From assembly GCF_009834535.1 (NCBI RefSeq), contig NC_045707.1, positions 52,392,001-52,456,000 of the forward strand: a stretch of DNA of 64,000 nt, given 5' to 3'. The notes beneath the pieces were generated by a model. That model ran no database searches. It was not told the origin of the DNA and saw nothing but the letters and a program-made list of their open reading frames with translations. The position numbers and the translations under genes are program-made. Shown piece after piece: positions 1-10,880 of this stretch; within the stretch, counting starts at the first letter, position 1, and every line of letters begins with the position of its first letter. This DNA is from Camelus ferus (lineage: Eukaryota).

Positions 1-1299
1 CAAAATGCACACTTGTAATTCTTCAGCACGTTAATATCTCAATAAATTATCTTGCCACAACGGTGATTTGGAAGAGTATGTCTCTCCTGGCATCAAATCA
101 TTCTCGATGTTAACATGGCGAACTCCCCAGTGTTTCTGTGGCTGTAGACGGGGCTAGCCCCTCAATCCCCTTGACTGTGTCAGTAAGGAGATCTCTGCTG
201 ACTTGGAAAACTTCTTGCAATTACAGCAGTCACAAACCTTCACAGGTAACGTCTGCACAGCTCTGTGGAATGTTCCAGAACTTGTCTCTCAGCATTAAAT
301 TAGCATTTCTTCAGAACATCACTTCCTAGCCAGAAGTGTTCCTATTCAAAGGCAAGACAATCGAATTCTCTCTGCAAAACAGGCCAGATTACGCTAATGA
401 ATCTCCCTAGAGGGAAGATTCAGCCTAACTTGAGTTGTCACTAGTAAATCTGGCCGCATAAACATTTTCTGGGTGTCTGCTGAGTGCCAGGTGCTGGGGG
501 ACTCAAGGAGAGAAAGATCCTGAGGAACTTAGTTTAAGGAAAAGATAGCAACACACTTTTTAAATAGGACGTGATAAATGTGGATAAAAGGCCCTGGGAG
601 CCTAGCAGAAGAGCCAATCGAAAATTCATAGAAGAAATGACCTTCGATCTGGGTTGTGAAGGACGCGTGACTGTTTTGCAGGTGGGGATGAGAGGGAGGG
701 CAGTCCGGGAAGGAGAGCAGCCAGAGCCAAGGGACCGGGGCAGAGCTTGGCACACTTCGTGTGTGTGGTGTTGTGTGTGTGTGTGCACGCTGGTCGGGGC
801 TGGTTTGAGGAGGAGAGCGGAAGTAAAGAAGTTTCTCTAAACTGAACCTAGTTTTGTAACTGACACGGAAATCTTTTGCAGAGCTTCTTGAATAATGCTG
901 TCAGTGCTACTACGGAGGGCGACTCCCGCTACTGTTACCGCTGGTACAGAGCTAGAGTTCGTTGTGCTGTTACTACGTCTGGGGTTAAGTGTGATTATTT
1001 CCATCCTCCTGTCTCTGTGAGTTGTTCTCCTGTTAGCCTCATTTTACGAGTGTTGTTCTCCATATTCTCGCATGTTCCCTTTTGTTCCTGCTAATATTCC
1101 AGGTACCTAAGATGCTCACGATTCTGTGTGACTGACTTATCCCTTCAGTCGTATAGTTTCTGTTTTTTAAAAAAAAATTTAAAGACCAAAAGCTCTGCTT
1201 TGAGGCAAACTGAAATCACCTGGCGTGGTGGCCCCTGAAATCTGTTGCTATACCACTTGATGTTTTGACCTCATCATTTTGATGCTTCTGTTCTGGTTT

Positions 1300-1399
1300 A
1301 TTTAATTAGTTAGTTTTTTCAAATGGAGGCACTGGGGATTGGACCCAGGACCCCATGCATGCTAAGCACGCGTTTTACCACTGAGCTATACCCACCCCC
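1300..1399 (-). mobile_element. tRNA-derived SINE (Vic-1-like, camelid)
   Basis: Minus strand GGGGGTGGGTATAGCTCAGTGGT...GGGTCCAATCCCCAG with A/B boxes and an A-rich tail. TSD gttctggttt at 1290-1299 and 1402-1411. Confidence 0.85.
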
Positions 1400-1948
1400 T
1401 AGTTCTGGTTTTGACTTTCAGAACACTTGTTTCTGCTCTTTTGACCCTGAGAACATTTTGAATTCAAGACTTTTAATTAGAATTATATCAACTTAGACGG
1501 ACTTTCCATCCAGAAAGTGTTTTCTGGAGTAAATTCCATTAAGCCAATTTAATCCCTTGATCAATTTTCTCCATAGCACGGTAAACCATTTCCAAAAATG
1601 TTAACTCCACTGAGATTATTTTCATTTCAATCAATTCTTTCCATTTAAAATTTGAAACAAAATTTGATGTATTGATTAGGTATTATCCATAACAAATTTT
1701 ATTGATTCTGGCTTTCTACTTTGTGTAATAGTCCTTATTTCTATTAAGTTTTTTTTTTCTAGGTCAAAATTTGCAGATCTAAATTAAAAAAAAAGTTTGA
1801 TTCTTCTGTCAATTTGTAGTCAATAACAAGTTTTGTTGTGTGCAGTTTTAGCTGTTACCAGTTTTTTTTTAGTGTTGATAATTTATACAGTAATTTAAAA
1901 AATCACCTGTCACAAATTTAATTAAAACAATAAAGCTTTGTATTTCTT

Positions 1949-2086
1949 TTTTAAAACATTTTTTAATTGAGTTATAGTCATTTCACAATGTTGTGTCAAA
2001 TTCCAGTGTAGAACACAGTTTTTCAGTTACACATCAACATACATATATTCATTGTCACATTTTTTTTCACTGTGAGCTACCACAAG
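1949..2086 (-). mobile_element. 5'-truncated L1 3' end
   Basis: ttttttaattgagttatagtcatttcacaatgttgtgtc... TSD gctttgtatKtctt at 1935-1948 and 2087-2100. Confidence 0.8.
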
Positions 2087-2149
2087 GCTTTGTATGTCTT
2101 ATCATGGGAAATTGTGAAAAATGTTCTCTGCACATGTGTGAGAAAGTTA

Positions 2150-2315
2150 GAAAAAGACAAAAGAGAGGGAGAAGGAGGGAGGGAGAGAGAGACAGGAGGG
2201 AGATGAAGGAGGAAGAGGAAAGAGACAAAGAGATAGAAATAGAGATATGTAGAGAAAAACACAGATGGACATGAGCCCCAGAGAATGAGAGAGAGGGGAA
2301 AAGAGAGAGGGAGAG
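2150..2315. repeat. GA-rich polypurine low-complexity tract
   Basis: Direct inspection. Confidence 0.85.
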
Positions 2316-2317
2316 GC

Positions 2318-2740
2318 TGGTTGAGAGAGAGGAATATTGTTTGCCAGGCTCTCAGAACTTTGTCTGTGGGGTCAAGGGTGTCTGTATCATTGTCAGCGGG
2401 GAGGTCAAGATACAAGAGCAGTGTTTGCTATTGATCAGTGTTGGAGAATAAGGTTGTCCTGAGCACAGGCAGGAGCTGAGGGCCTCATTGGCCTTAGGCA
2501 GGAGCCAGGAGGGAGAGGCAGAAGCCAGCCAGGGGTACCCAGACAGCAGCATGTGAGGCACTGCTGGCAGCTGGCTCTTCAGGTTCAGTACAGAAGTAGA
2601 GATGACCAGGCAACGCCAACCTTGTATCCAGAATCACTTGAAATAACCTGCAGTTGAGGCTCTCGGACTCCTGACATCTTCAGTGTTTTCAGAACAAGAG
2701 GCCATAGGTGTGAGATTTCCATTGCATCTTAGAAATCCAG
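2318..2740 (+). pseudogene. Contactin-like relic exon: second half of Ig1 plus Ig2
   Basis: TGG at 2318. CAA GAT ACA 2406-2414, CAG TGT 2419-2424, GCT ATT GAT / AGT GTT GGA to 2445. TGG CTC TTC 2572-2580. LVSRIT*NNLQLRLSDS*HLQC 2621-2686, with both stops falling where contactins have Gly. AIGVRFPLHLRNP(G) 2701-2740. Confidence 0.7.
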
Positions 2741-3413
2741 GAGAAAAGGGGACTAGTGCCTTCCAGAACCTCAATTTTCATGAATATCCATTTCCTACTG
2801 GATTAAGCTTAACTCTGTTAGCATGAAAAAACTAGACCCTTCAGAACTGGTTGGGGTCCACCTCTCAAGACTCCACGCCTGTCTCTCCACGCCGCATTGG
2901 CGCGCACTTCTCTCAGGCCTGCTTGGGATGGTTGCTGTTCCGCAGAGGCGTCTACCCCCGACCCTTTCTCTCTGTGGTCAGTTTTTGCCTAGAAATTCCA
3001 TTTCTTGATCTATCTGCCTAGAAAAAACTCTTATATATGTTCTTTCTTTTGTCAACGGGGTAGTGGATGGAAGAGATGGTGGGGGGGACTGTTCTGATGT
3101 GCAGCACAGGGTGAGTGACTTGGGGCAAACTGTGGTGGTGTGTGGTGGCGTGTAGGGGCAGACATAAAGGGGCTGGAGGGTAATCTAGGACTCGGAGGGG
3201 AACCTGAGAGAAACGGGCATGTGGGGAGGGACTGGGGAGAGGGGAAAGTCTGAGGAGACTGGGGCAGAACAGAGACTTAGACTCGGAGGATGTCAACAGA
3301 GAGTGTGAGGGGAGGGAGCAATGTGAAGAGTTTGGGGTGCGACCAGAGGAAGCTGGAAGTCAGGTAGAAGCTGGGGCTGGGGGAGTCATTCAGCACAACT
3401 CTGTCCTCTCCAG

Positions 3414-3910
3414 CACCCCAGGGAGACCCTAACACGGCACTGGACGCATTGGGTGCCGGATGCTGTGTCTCTTCCCTGTGGAGTCTGTGAGCGCCTCTCT
3501 CATCCTGGGACGCGGTTGGGAGGAGTGTGCAATGACGGAGCTTCCATGCCCATGGGAGAGACTCTTCGGGAGAGAAGAATGAGCTGGGAGCAGGCACCCC
3601 CCACCCCCATAATTCCCTTTAGGAGGTATCTGCTGATCTTTCCCTCAGGACAGTCCTTACCACATCACTCAGCCATGCTTTTAAAGCACCAGGATGCGGT
3701 TAAAGCACTAATTCTTACTCAAATCCCCCCAACATTCTTCCCCATGGCACCTGGTCGTCTCCCTCACTGGGTAGAACCCAGGTTGAGACTCGAGGTCTTC
3801 ACCTGAATTTTCTTTTGAACTTAAGGTCTCATCAGGTTCTTTGCCTGGGCTGTGTCCTGGGCTGGCAGTGGACGATCATTTGCTAAGAGTTGCCAGGTTG
3901 AAAGAGAAAC
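3414..3910 (+). pseudogene. Contactin-like relic: Ig3 and part of Ig4
   Basis: Acceptor ctctgtcctctccag| at 3413. DAVSLPC...TRLGG...GETLRERRMSWEQA reads in one frame. PHWVE at 3762-3776, then FSFE(L)KVSSG and VSW in shifted frames. Confidence 0.55.
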
Positions 3911-4129
3911 GTAAGGTGAATTCACCTAATAGGGACATCTGGAGAAAAAAGTGTCTGCAATTCTCTAAGGAACTGCTGGTGTTTGACCCTGTGTGACCCC
4001 AGGGCAAGCTGCTCGATCTGTCTGAGCCTGAATTTCTACCTCTTCAAAGTGGGGATCAATAGCTATCTTTAGGGCTGTTGTAATAAGTAAATACGTTATG
4101 GTACATTTAGAGTTTCTTTTTTATATTTA

Positions 4130-5050
4130 GATTTTAATATTGTTTCAGTTGATTTTGGGTCTGGTGTAAGGTTAGAATTTAACTTAAATTTTTTCCTGAA
4201 TGAATAAACCATTGTACCAAACACTGTTTGTTGAGTAACCCCCTCTTGCCTTCATCAATGAGAAATCCCACTTTTATCGTACACTGAATTCTGACCAGTC
4301 CCCTTTCTGGACACTCATATTGCGTTCTGTTAATCTGCTGGCCTGTTCCTGGGCTCGTGTCACACTGTTTTATTCTTGCAGCTTCATAATCTGTTATGAT
4401 GTGTGGTCCTTTGTCATTGTTCTTCTGTTTCTAGATTTTTGGGGGCTGTTCTTAGGCAAATGTTTTTTTCTTCCTGGATGAAAGTTCTTGTCAAGTTACT
4501 AAGTTCCAAAAACATTGGGACTCAATTCTAACTACATACAATTCTACAGGGGTTCAGGGAATGTCTTAGTCCGCTGTAACAAAATTACCTTAGACGGGGC
4601 CGGCTTAAACGATAGCAGTTTATTTCTCACAGTTCTGGAGGCTTGAAGTCCAAGATGAGGGTGCTGGCATGGTTGGGATCTGGTGAGGCAGTGGGCCTCC
4701 TTCTTGCTGTGTCCTCACGTGGTGGAGAGACAGAGAACACTGGTGTCTCATCCTCTTTTAATAAGGGCATTCATTCCATTATGAGGACATCACCTGGTCC
4801 TAATCACCTCCCCAAGTCCCCCCTCCAAATGCCATCACACGGGGGATTAGGACTTCAACATAGGAATTTGGGGAGAACACAAACATTCAATCCATAGCAG
4901 GGAGAAGTGGCATCTCTTTGAAATAGTGACTTTTCCTAATTAGGAGTATTTCCATTTACTCAGATTTTCTTTCTTGCCCCTTGATATTTCTTTATATAAA
5001 ATGTGTTCTTTCACATTTTAAATTAAAAGTTTCCTGGGTAACATATATTA
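4130..5050 (-). mobile_element. Old L1 ORF2 fragment split by the MLT1 LTR
   Basis: L1M-like antisense sequence (ggtgtaagg..., tgttctgttaatctg..., agttttcctaat...). Confidence 0.6.
4562..4899 (-). mobile_element. MaLR solo LTR (MLT1A-like)
   Basis: tgtcttagtcc...tttatttctcacagttctggaggc...aaacattcaatccatagca. 5-bp TSD gggaa/gggag. Interrupts an old L1. Confidence 0.85.
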
Positions 5051-5119
5051 CAAGTGTTATTTCCGTCATTTTGCTTTCCCGTGAGATCCTCATCACATTC
5101 GTGTGGGACGGTGATTCTG

Positions 5120-5378
5120 CCCGGCCGCATTTCCCTCTCTGCCACCACACTCAGGTCATGTGGTTATTGCAGGCGCTGCCACATGAGGACAAGCTTGACC
5201 CTGCTCCCCTGGGAGCCTTTACTTAGGCCAACAGAGGATGCGCTTGGAGGGGGCAGGCATGGCCTCTCCAGGACTGGCAGCATTCTGTTAGACATCTGGA
5301 CTGTCCTGACATCAGGGTCTCAGAAGCAAGGGCCAGCTGTGGAAATGGAGCCCAGAAAAACTAGACTTTCCATCCCAC
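5120..5378 (+). pseudogene. Contactin-like relic exon: Ig5
   Basis: TSLTLLP(W)EPLLRPT...GRHGLSRTGSILL...KTRLSIP, ending at a phase-1 donor C|GTAAGT (5379-5384). The start is approximate. Confidence 0.5.
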
Positions 5379-5651
5379 GTAAGTTAGAGTGGCCTCCAGA
5401 AACAAGGAGATGAATCTTGTTGCATCTAAGAGGCCAGCTCCTAGCAGAAAAACTTCAATCCAGCAGCAGCACTCAAGCACGCAGAGCAGCCAGGTGTGGC
5501 ACAGAATGCAGAGAGAGATTTTCCGTGGCAACACACAGAAAGGTGGGGTGGTTGGAGGAGGGCTTGGTGCCTGCAGCTGTGAGCTCCTGTGCCATTAGGT
5601 GACCAGTTAGCTTGGACAACATGGCGGGGGAGGGGGGTGGTGGTAAATAAG

Positions 5652-6263
5652 TGTCAACAAAAAATTAATCAGTTGATCTAAGAAAGAAATGGAAAGTTCT
5701 CTTTGAGCCAGATTGAGTGTTATAACCTGGGAACAGCTCAGAAAGCTCCAAGAAGTGTTCTGCCCAATTAAAGTCAAGGCACAGTTATATATTTTTTTAA
5801 TTAATTAATTTTGGTTTTGGTGGGGGGAGGTAATTAGGTTTATATAGAATTTATTTATTCTCAGGAGGTAGTGGGATTGAACCCAGGACCTCATGCATGC
5901 TAAGCATGCACTCTACCACTTGAGCTAACACCCTCCCCTCCATTTGTAGAGACACAGGGCTATACATTAAATGACGCGTTTGAGAGTTTGCACGGTCCAG
6001 ATCTGTAAGTACAAAGTGGTGGGTCACTGTGACCCTTAAAAGATCAAGAGGGAATGTCGTCTTTTAAGGAGCTGTCTTGTTGGTGCTGGAGAATGTTGCT
6101 CTTTACGGTCGAGCAGGCGTTTTCTGCCGATGGGGCGGTTTGGTCTATGTGGAACGCAGATACAACTGTGCACAGAGAGGGGGAGAGAGGAGGCCAGAGG
6201 GCCGAGAACATTTTTATGTCTACATTTTTCTTATTGTGTGTTAAATATGAATTTTATTTCACA
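5652..6263 (-). mobile_element. ERV1-class solo LTR, MER41-like
   Basis: TG...CA termini with an exact 4-bp TSD TAAG (5648-5651 and 6264-6267). The minus-strand end tcccaggttataacactcaatctggctca...ttgttgaca resembles MER41. Confidence 0.75.
5791..5938 (-). mobile_element. tRNA-derived SINE (Vic-1-like) nested in an LTR
   Basis: Same head (GCTCAAGTGGTAGAGTGCATGCTTAGCATGCATGAGGTCCTGGGTTCAATCCC), plus an AAACCTAATTACCTCCCC tail. Confidence 0.85.
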
Positions 6264-6581
6264 TAAGTAACACAGACAAGATGAGAACTGACATTTGTTT
6301 AACTTCAGAGTCTGGGTTCTGTCTCTAGGTTCTCCCGAGACTGCTGTCCCCTCAGTCCCTTAAACACATCCACCTTCTCTATCCTCCATACCTTCCTTGA
6401 CTTCTTGTTCTGCACACATCCCTGCCTCCTCCCTGTGTCATCCGCCCAACCTCTGCTCTCTGTCACCCTTTATTTGGTGGCTTTGGCTGACCAGGAGGCT
6501 CCTCGGTTTCCTGGAGCAGGGGACAGTCCATAAGACCAAGGAGAAATATCTCCTTCCTCCTTTATCTCTCTCCCTCCACAG

Positions 6582-6909
6582 AGCAGATCACTCAGCGTAA
6601 AAGCTTTGAGCCACCTGAAATACCAGATTGTTCGATATAAATGACACATAACACGAAAATAGGCTTTATAACCTGGAATAACAAATAAGCACGTTTCCCC
6701 CCACTCCATGCCTGCAGTGCCCTGTGTGAGCCGAGTGCTTCCATCTAAATTCAAGCAGGTTGGACAATTTTCTCATCCTTCCTCATGTCCACAGCTCAGC
6801 GCGGAGGAGAGGGTGCTGTCATTTTATCTGGGCTCTTTGCTTCAAGTTGTAATTGTTGAGGTTAGCCTGACACCCGATGGGAGAGATCTGTAATTAATGC
6901 CTCTCTCAG
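6582..6909 (+). pseudogene. Contactin-like relic: Ig6, probably two exons
   Basis: Strong acceptor ...tctctctccctccacag| (6581), then (E)QI...CSI*MTHNTKIGFITW. Second acceptor ...cttcctcatgtccacag| (6794), then LSAEERVL...EVSLTPDG. Confidence 0.5.
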
Positions 6910-7149
6910 GTGGCACAAAGGGAAGGGAACACAGAGGGACCTTTTTTTTTTCCTATTGAGATGGAAATTCAACAGTCAGCTTAAGCACGCTTCGAGTACC
7001 TACTACGCACAGATTGCTGCTTAGGACTGGGGCTACAGAGTTGAGCAAATGATCCCTAGCTCGAGGGACACAGCCTTTGCAGACGCAGGAATTGTCAGCA
7101 AAGGACAATGAAACAAGGTAAGTGTGATAAGGAAAATGCTCACAGAATG

Positions 7150-7960
7150 CTCTGGCAATAGGACGGAGTTAGAGAAAATATATTTGCAATACGTATGACA
7201 GATAAAACTGTATAGTGAGCTGTCACAAACGGATGAGCAATTTACTAACACCCAACAGAAAAATAGAAAAAGGATGAATGGGATCATCCAAGTGGCCAAT
7301 AAATATATGGCAATCAAACAAGACACTATTTTAACCCTGGCAGGCTGGGAAAAATTTGAAGTGAAGGGAAATGCCTGGAGGCTGGCAAGGATGCCGGGAG
7401 AAATAGTGTTCTCATGTATCATTGGTGGAAATGTGAATCATTAGTCATTTTGGGACTATTAATCATGCCACATTTATTCAACTTAAAAAATATATATACT
7501 CTTAGGTACACCTGAATCTCACACCAACATTGTAATCAAGTATACTTCAATAAGAAATATACATACTGTTTGTTTTGCTTTGATTGGCCCCAGTTTGGGT
7601 CATCTATTCTATATAAATGAAATTATTTATTGAGGCAATAAAACTGAAAAGAGTTAAGCGTGGCCCTTCCATATTACAGAATATTGGGTAGCTAATAAAG
7701 AGTATGAATTAGATTTATGGATATTGACCTGAAAGGTTATTCATTGTATATTATTAATGATAGAGCAAGTTGCATAGGAATGTATATAATATGACTTTGT
7801 TTTGGCAGAAACAGTGACAAAACTGTGTGTGTGTGTGTGTGTGTGTGTTTGTGTGTGTGTGCATTTGTAAATATTTAAATGAGTATGGAGAAAGAATAAA
7901 AGGTTATACTTCAGGCTCTTAACACATAATTTTGTGGGAAAGAGGGAGAAAAGGAGAGAG
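7150..7960 (+). mobile_element. Old L1 (L1ME-like) ORF2 end/3'UTR fragment
   Basis: Degenerate L1 motifs (gaaaatatatttgcaa..., atggccaataaatatatg, ggtggaaatgtgaat). Confidence 0.6.
7824..7862. repeat. (TG)n microsatellite
   Basis: Direct inspection. Confidence 0.95.
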
Positions 7961-8019
7961 GATAAGAGAGACTCTTTCTTCTTCATAAAGTTTTCTTTTT
8001 CATAAGAACTGGTTTCAGA

Positions 8020-8261
8020 TTTTCTGCTTTTGGAGAGATGAAATAGATGGACTCTTCCCTATTCCTCTGCTATGTGAAAATCAAAACTGCTGGACACTGT
8101 ATATAAAATAAACATAAGAAGACTCTGAAAGATGGAGGAGAAGGAGGCAGACTGGCTGGGGACCTGGGAACAACATATTGATGAGTTCACTTGGTTTTAT
8201 GTTCACTTCATATCCCAGACTGGGAGCTGCAGAAGCCAGAAATGCTAGTGAGGCAGACGAG

Positions 8262-8292
<31 letters not shown>

Positions 8293-10113
8293 CCTTCTTT
8301 AGATAATAACTGCTCTACACCAGCCAAACACTACAGAAAATTGTGGCCCCACTCCCAACCACACTGGCAAAAGCTGAGTGGGGAGCCTTGTTTTGCAGTT
8401 TTGTGAGACTCTGGTGAGGTGCTTCAGCTCCCACGGTGGGTAGTATCAGAGAATGCTGATTAGGAAGCTGGGATTTTATCTGTTATCTCTGCCAGCCAGT
8501 AAAAAGTCCCCCAACCTCATCCTGTAGTGTCGGTGGAGACCACGTGGAGAGTCTGGACTTCCACCCCTACCTGGCAGTAATGAGGCTCTTCTCCCTACCC
8601 CCTCTGGAGTGGTACCAGAGGAGGCCTAGCAGAATAAGGACTTTTGTCATGGCTGAGAAGTAACAAGGCCACTCCCACTGAGGTGTCCATTGAGACCACC
8701 TGGGGAGCAGGAACTCCCACCCCTTACAGGACTGAGGAATCCTCAATATGGATGTCAACCCAAAGACCAAGTGGGGAACCTGCATTTCTACCTTCATCTG
8801 CCAGGAGTGAGGAGTGTGCCCTCTTTTGCTTCTAGAGTGGTAGCAGAAAAATCCAATTAAACCAGAAGGTTTAAGATCTGAAGTCTCATAACATCATATG
8901 AAAAATGTTCAGATTTCAGTTGAAAATCACGTATCAATCCAAGAATCAGGAAGATCTCAAACTGAATGAAATGACAGTCCATAGATGCCGACACTGACAT
9001 GACGGAGATGTTAGAGCTATCTGACAGTGGTTTTGAGGCAGCCATGATGAAAATGCTTCAGGAGGCATTTGTAAACATGCGTGAAACGAATAAAAAATAG
9101 ACAGTTCAGCAGAGAACAGGAGACATAAAGAAGAACCAAGTTGGAAATAATGGAACTTAAAAATACAATAACTGAAATAAAAAGCTCAGTAAATGGGCTA
9201 ATAACAGGATAGAGGGGACAGAAGAATCAGTGAACTGGAAGATAGAACAACAGAAATTAACTGATCTGAACAGAGATAAATGGACCAAAATAATAAATAA
9301 ATAAACAAATGGAAGCTCAAGGACCTGTAGGACTGTAACAAAAAGATCTAATATTTATGTTGTCAAAGCTCCAGAAGAGAGGAAAACAAGGATGAAGCTA
9401 AAAATGTACTTCAAGAGATAGTGGCTGAAAATTCCACAATTTGGCAAAAGGCATAAACCTACAGATTTAAGAAGATGAATGAACTCCCCAAAGGGTAAAC
9501 CCAAATTCAGGCCAAGATATATCGTAGTTAAACTTGACAACTAAAGACATAGAGAAAAATCCTGAAAGCAGCCAGAGAAAAATGACACCTTACCTGTAGG
9601 GGAAAAAGAGTGAGTGACAGTTAGATTTCTAATCAAGAACTATGGAGTTCATAAAGAGATGGCGTAATATTTTTAAAATTCAGAAATAAAATAAAAGGCA
9701 ATTAAGAATCATATACTCAGTGAAAGTATCCTTCATGAATAAAGGAGAAATCAGACATTTTCAGACGAAGGAAAACAAAGAGACTTTGTTCACCAGCAGA
9801 CCTGCACTAAAATAATGGCTAAAGGATGTTCTCTAAGCTGAAAGAATATGGTAAAAGAAAGAAAGGATCTTGGCACATGAGGAAGGAAGAAAGAAGGAAG
9901 CAAAAATATGGGAAATACAGTAGACTTTTCTTCTTCTCTTGAGTTTTCTAAATCATATTTGATAGTTGAAGCAAAAACATAACACTACTGGATGTGGTTC
10001 TAAACATAGGTGAAAGAAATATTTAAAACAATTATAAATTGAAGGGAGGTAAGGTTTCTATACTTCACGTGAACCAGTACAATTGTGACACCAGTCGACT
10101 GTACACTAGTAAC
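8020..10113 (+). mobile_element. Old L1 (L1MC/MD-like) 5' region and decayed ORF1
   Basis: A-rich ORF1 relics (agagaaaaatcctgaaagcagccagagaaaaatgacaccttacc; gacattttcagacgaaggaaaac...caccagcagacctgcac). Confidence 0.8.
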
Positions 10114-10114
10114 C

Positions 10115-10285
10115 AAATACAGCTAATTGCCTTTGACATCCTTCTTGCGTTAACTCGGTAATGATTAGGTCCTCAAGTCCGCTCTTACCGCATCAAACAG
10201 GATTGGAATCTAACTTATGCTTATATCAAATCACAGTGTTTTGGGCCTTGTCACTCCTGTTCAATACTGCCAGCTCATAGCATAG
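10115..10285 (+). pseudogene. FN3 relic (C-terminal half)
   Basis: PQVRSYRI / TGLESNLCLYQITV (10171-10238, one frameshift), then GP at 10243. Matches the FN3 SY.I.GL....Y.I.V signature. Confidence 0.6.
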
Positions 10286-10483
10286 GTGCCTGACTCTGCC
10301 TGAGTGAGGAAAGAAAAGAAAGCTCTCGGATTTTCACATTCTCTGTGTGACAGTGTGAGGCTTCTGCAGGGGGCAGGGAGGGAGGGGCCCTCAAGGGCGT
10401 CTGCCCTCTCCGTTTAGGAGCCCTGATATGGGCAGTAGTAGGAACATCCCCAGTAGTTTGATGTCACCTCAAGTTCCCTGCAG

Positions 10484-10880
10484 CCCCATCTTGAAGTGCC
10501 CCTCTTACAGCCAGGATGAAATCCACAAGAGATTTCTTTCAAGAGGCACCTCAGTCTCCTTGATTTATGGCCTGATTCAACTGAGGACCATCAGCTCTTT
10601 CAAATAAGTGTAAAATGGACAGATGTGAAGTGCCAGGATGTCACAGTGAAACAAAAGCTTTTGTTTGTTTCAGCTTCAGATCCATACGTGTAGCATCTTC
10701 CTATGTCCCAGGCCCTTTCATACAGTTTTTTGAAGCAACTATTTGTGTGGCAGATGTCAACTCCCTGGGTGTTCCTAAGTCCCTGAGCACACTGGGTTCA
10801 CCTTGTCCCCTGAAATTTAAATCAAATTGGTATTGGCCTTGGCAAACATCAGAGTTCCCCAGGGAAGAATGGCAGCCTCC
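10484..10880 (+). pseudogene. FN3 relic resembling contactin/L1 FN3-2
   Basis: Acceptor ttccctgcag| at 10483. QEAPQSP/DL...QISVKW (W at 10616). LSPE/LNQIGIGLG/NIRVPQG/EEWQ at ~10803-10875. Confidence 0.5.

Noticed and set aside
267..281. Perfect heat-shock element gGAAtgTTCcaGAAc
   Set aside because: Only nine specified bases, so a chance hit in 64 kb is unsurprising. No promoter context.
1300..1399. tRNA-like sequences (also at 5791, 29419 and 61300)
   Set aside because: They have A-rich tails, mostly with TSDs, and are diverged from each other: SINEs, not tRNA genes.
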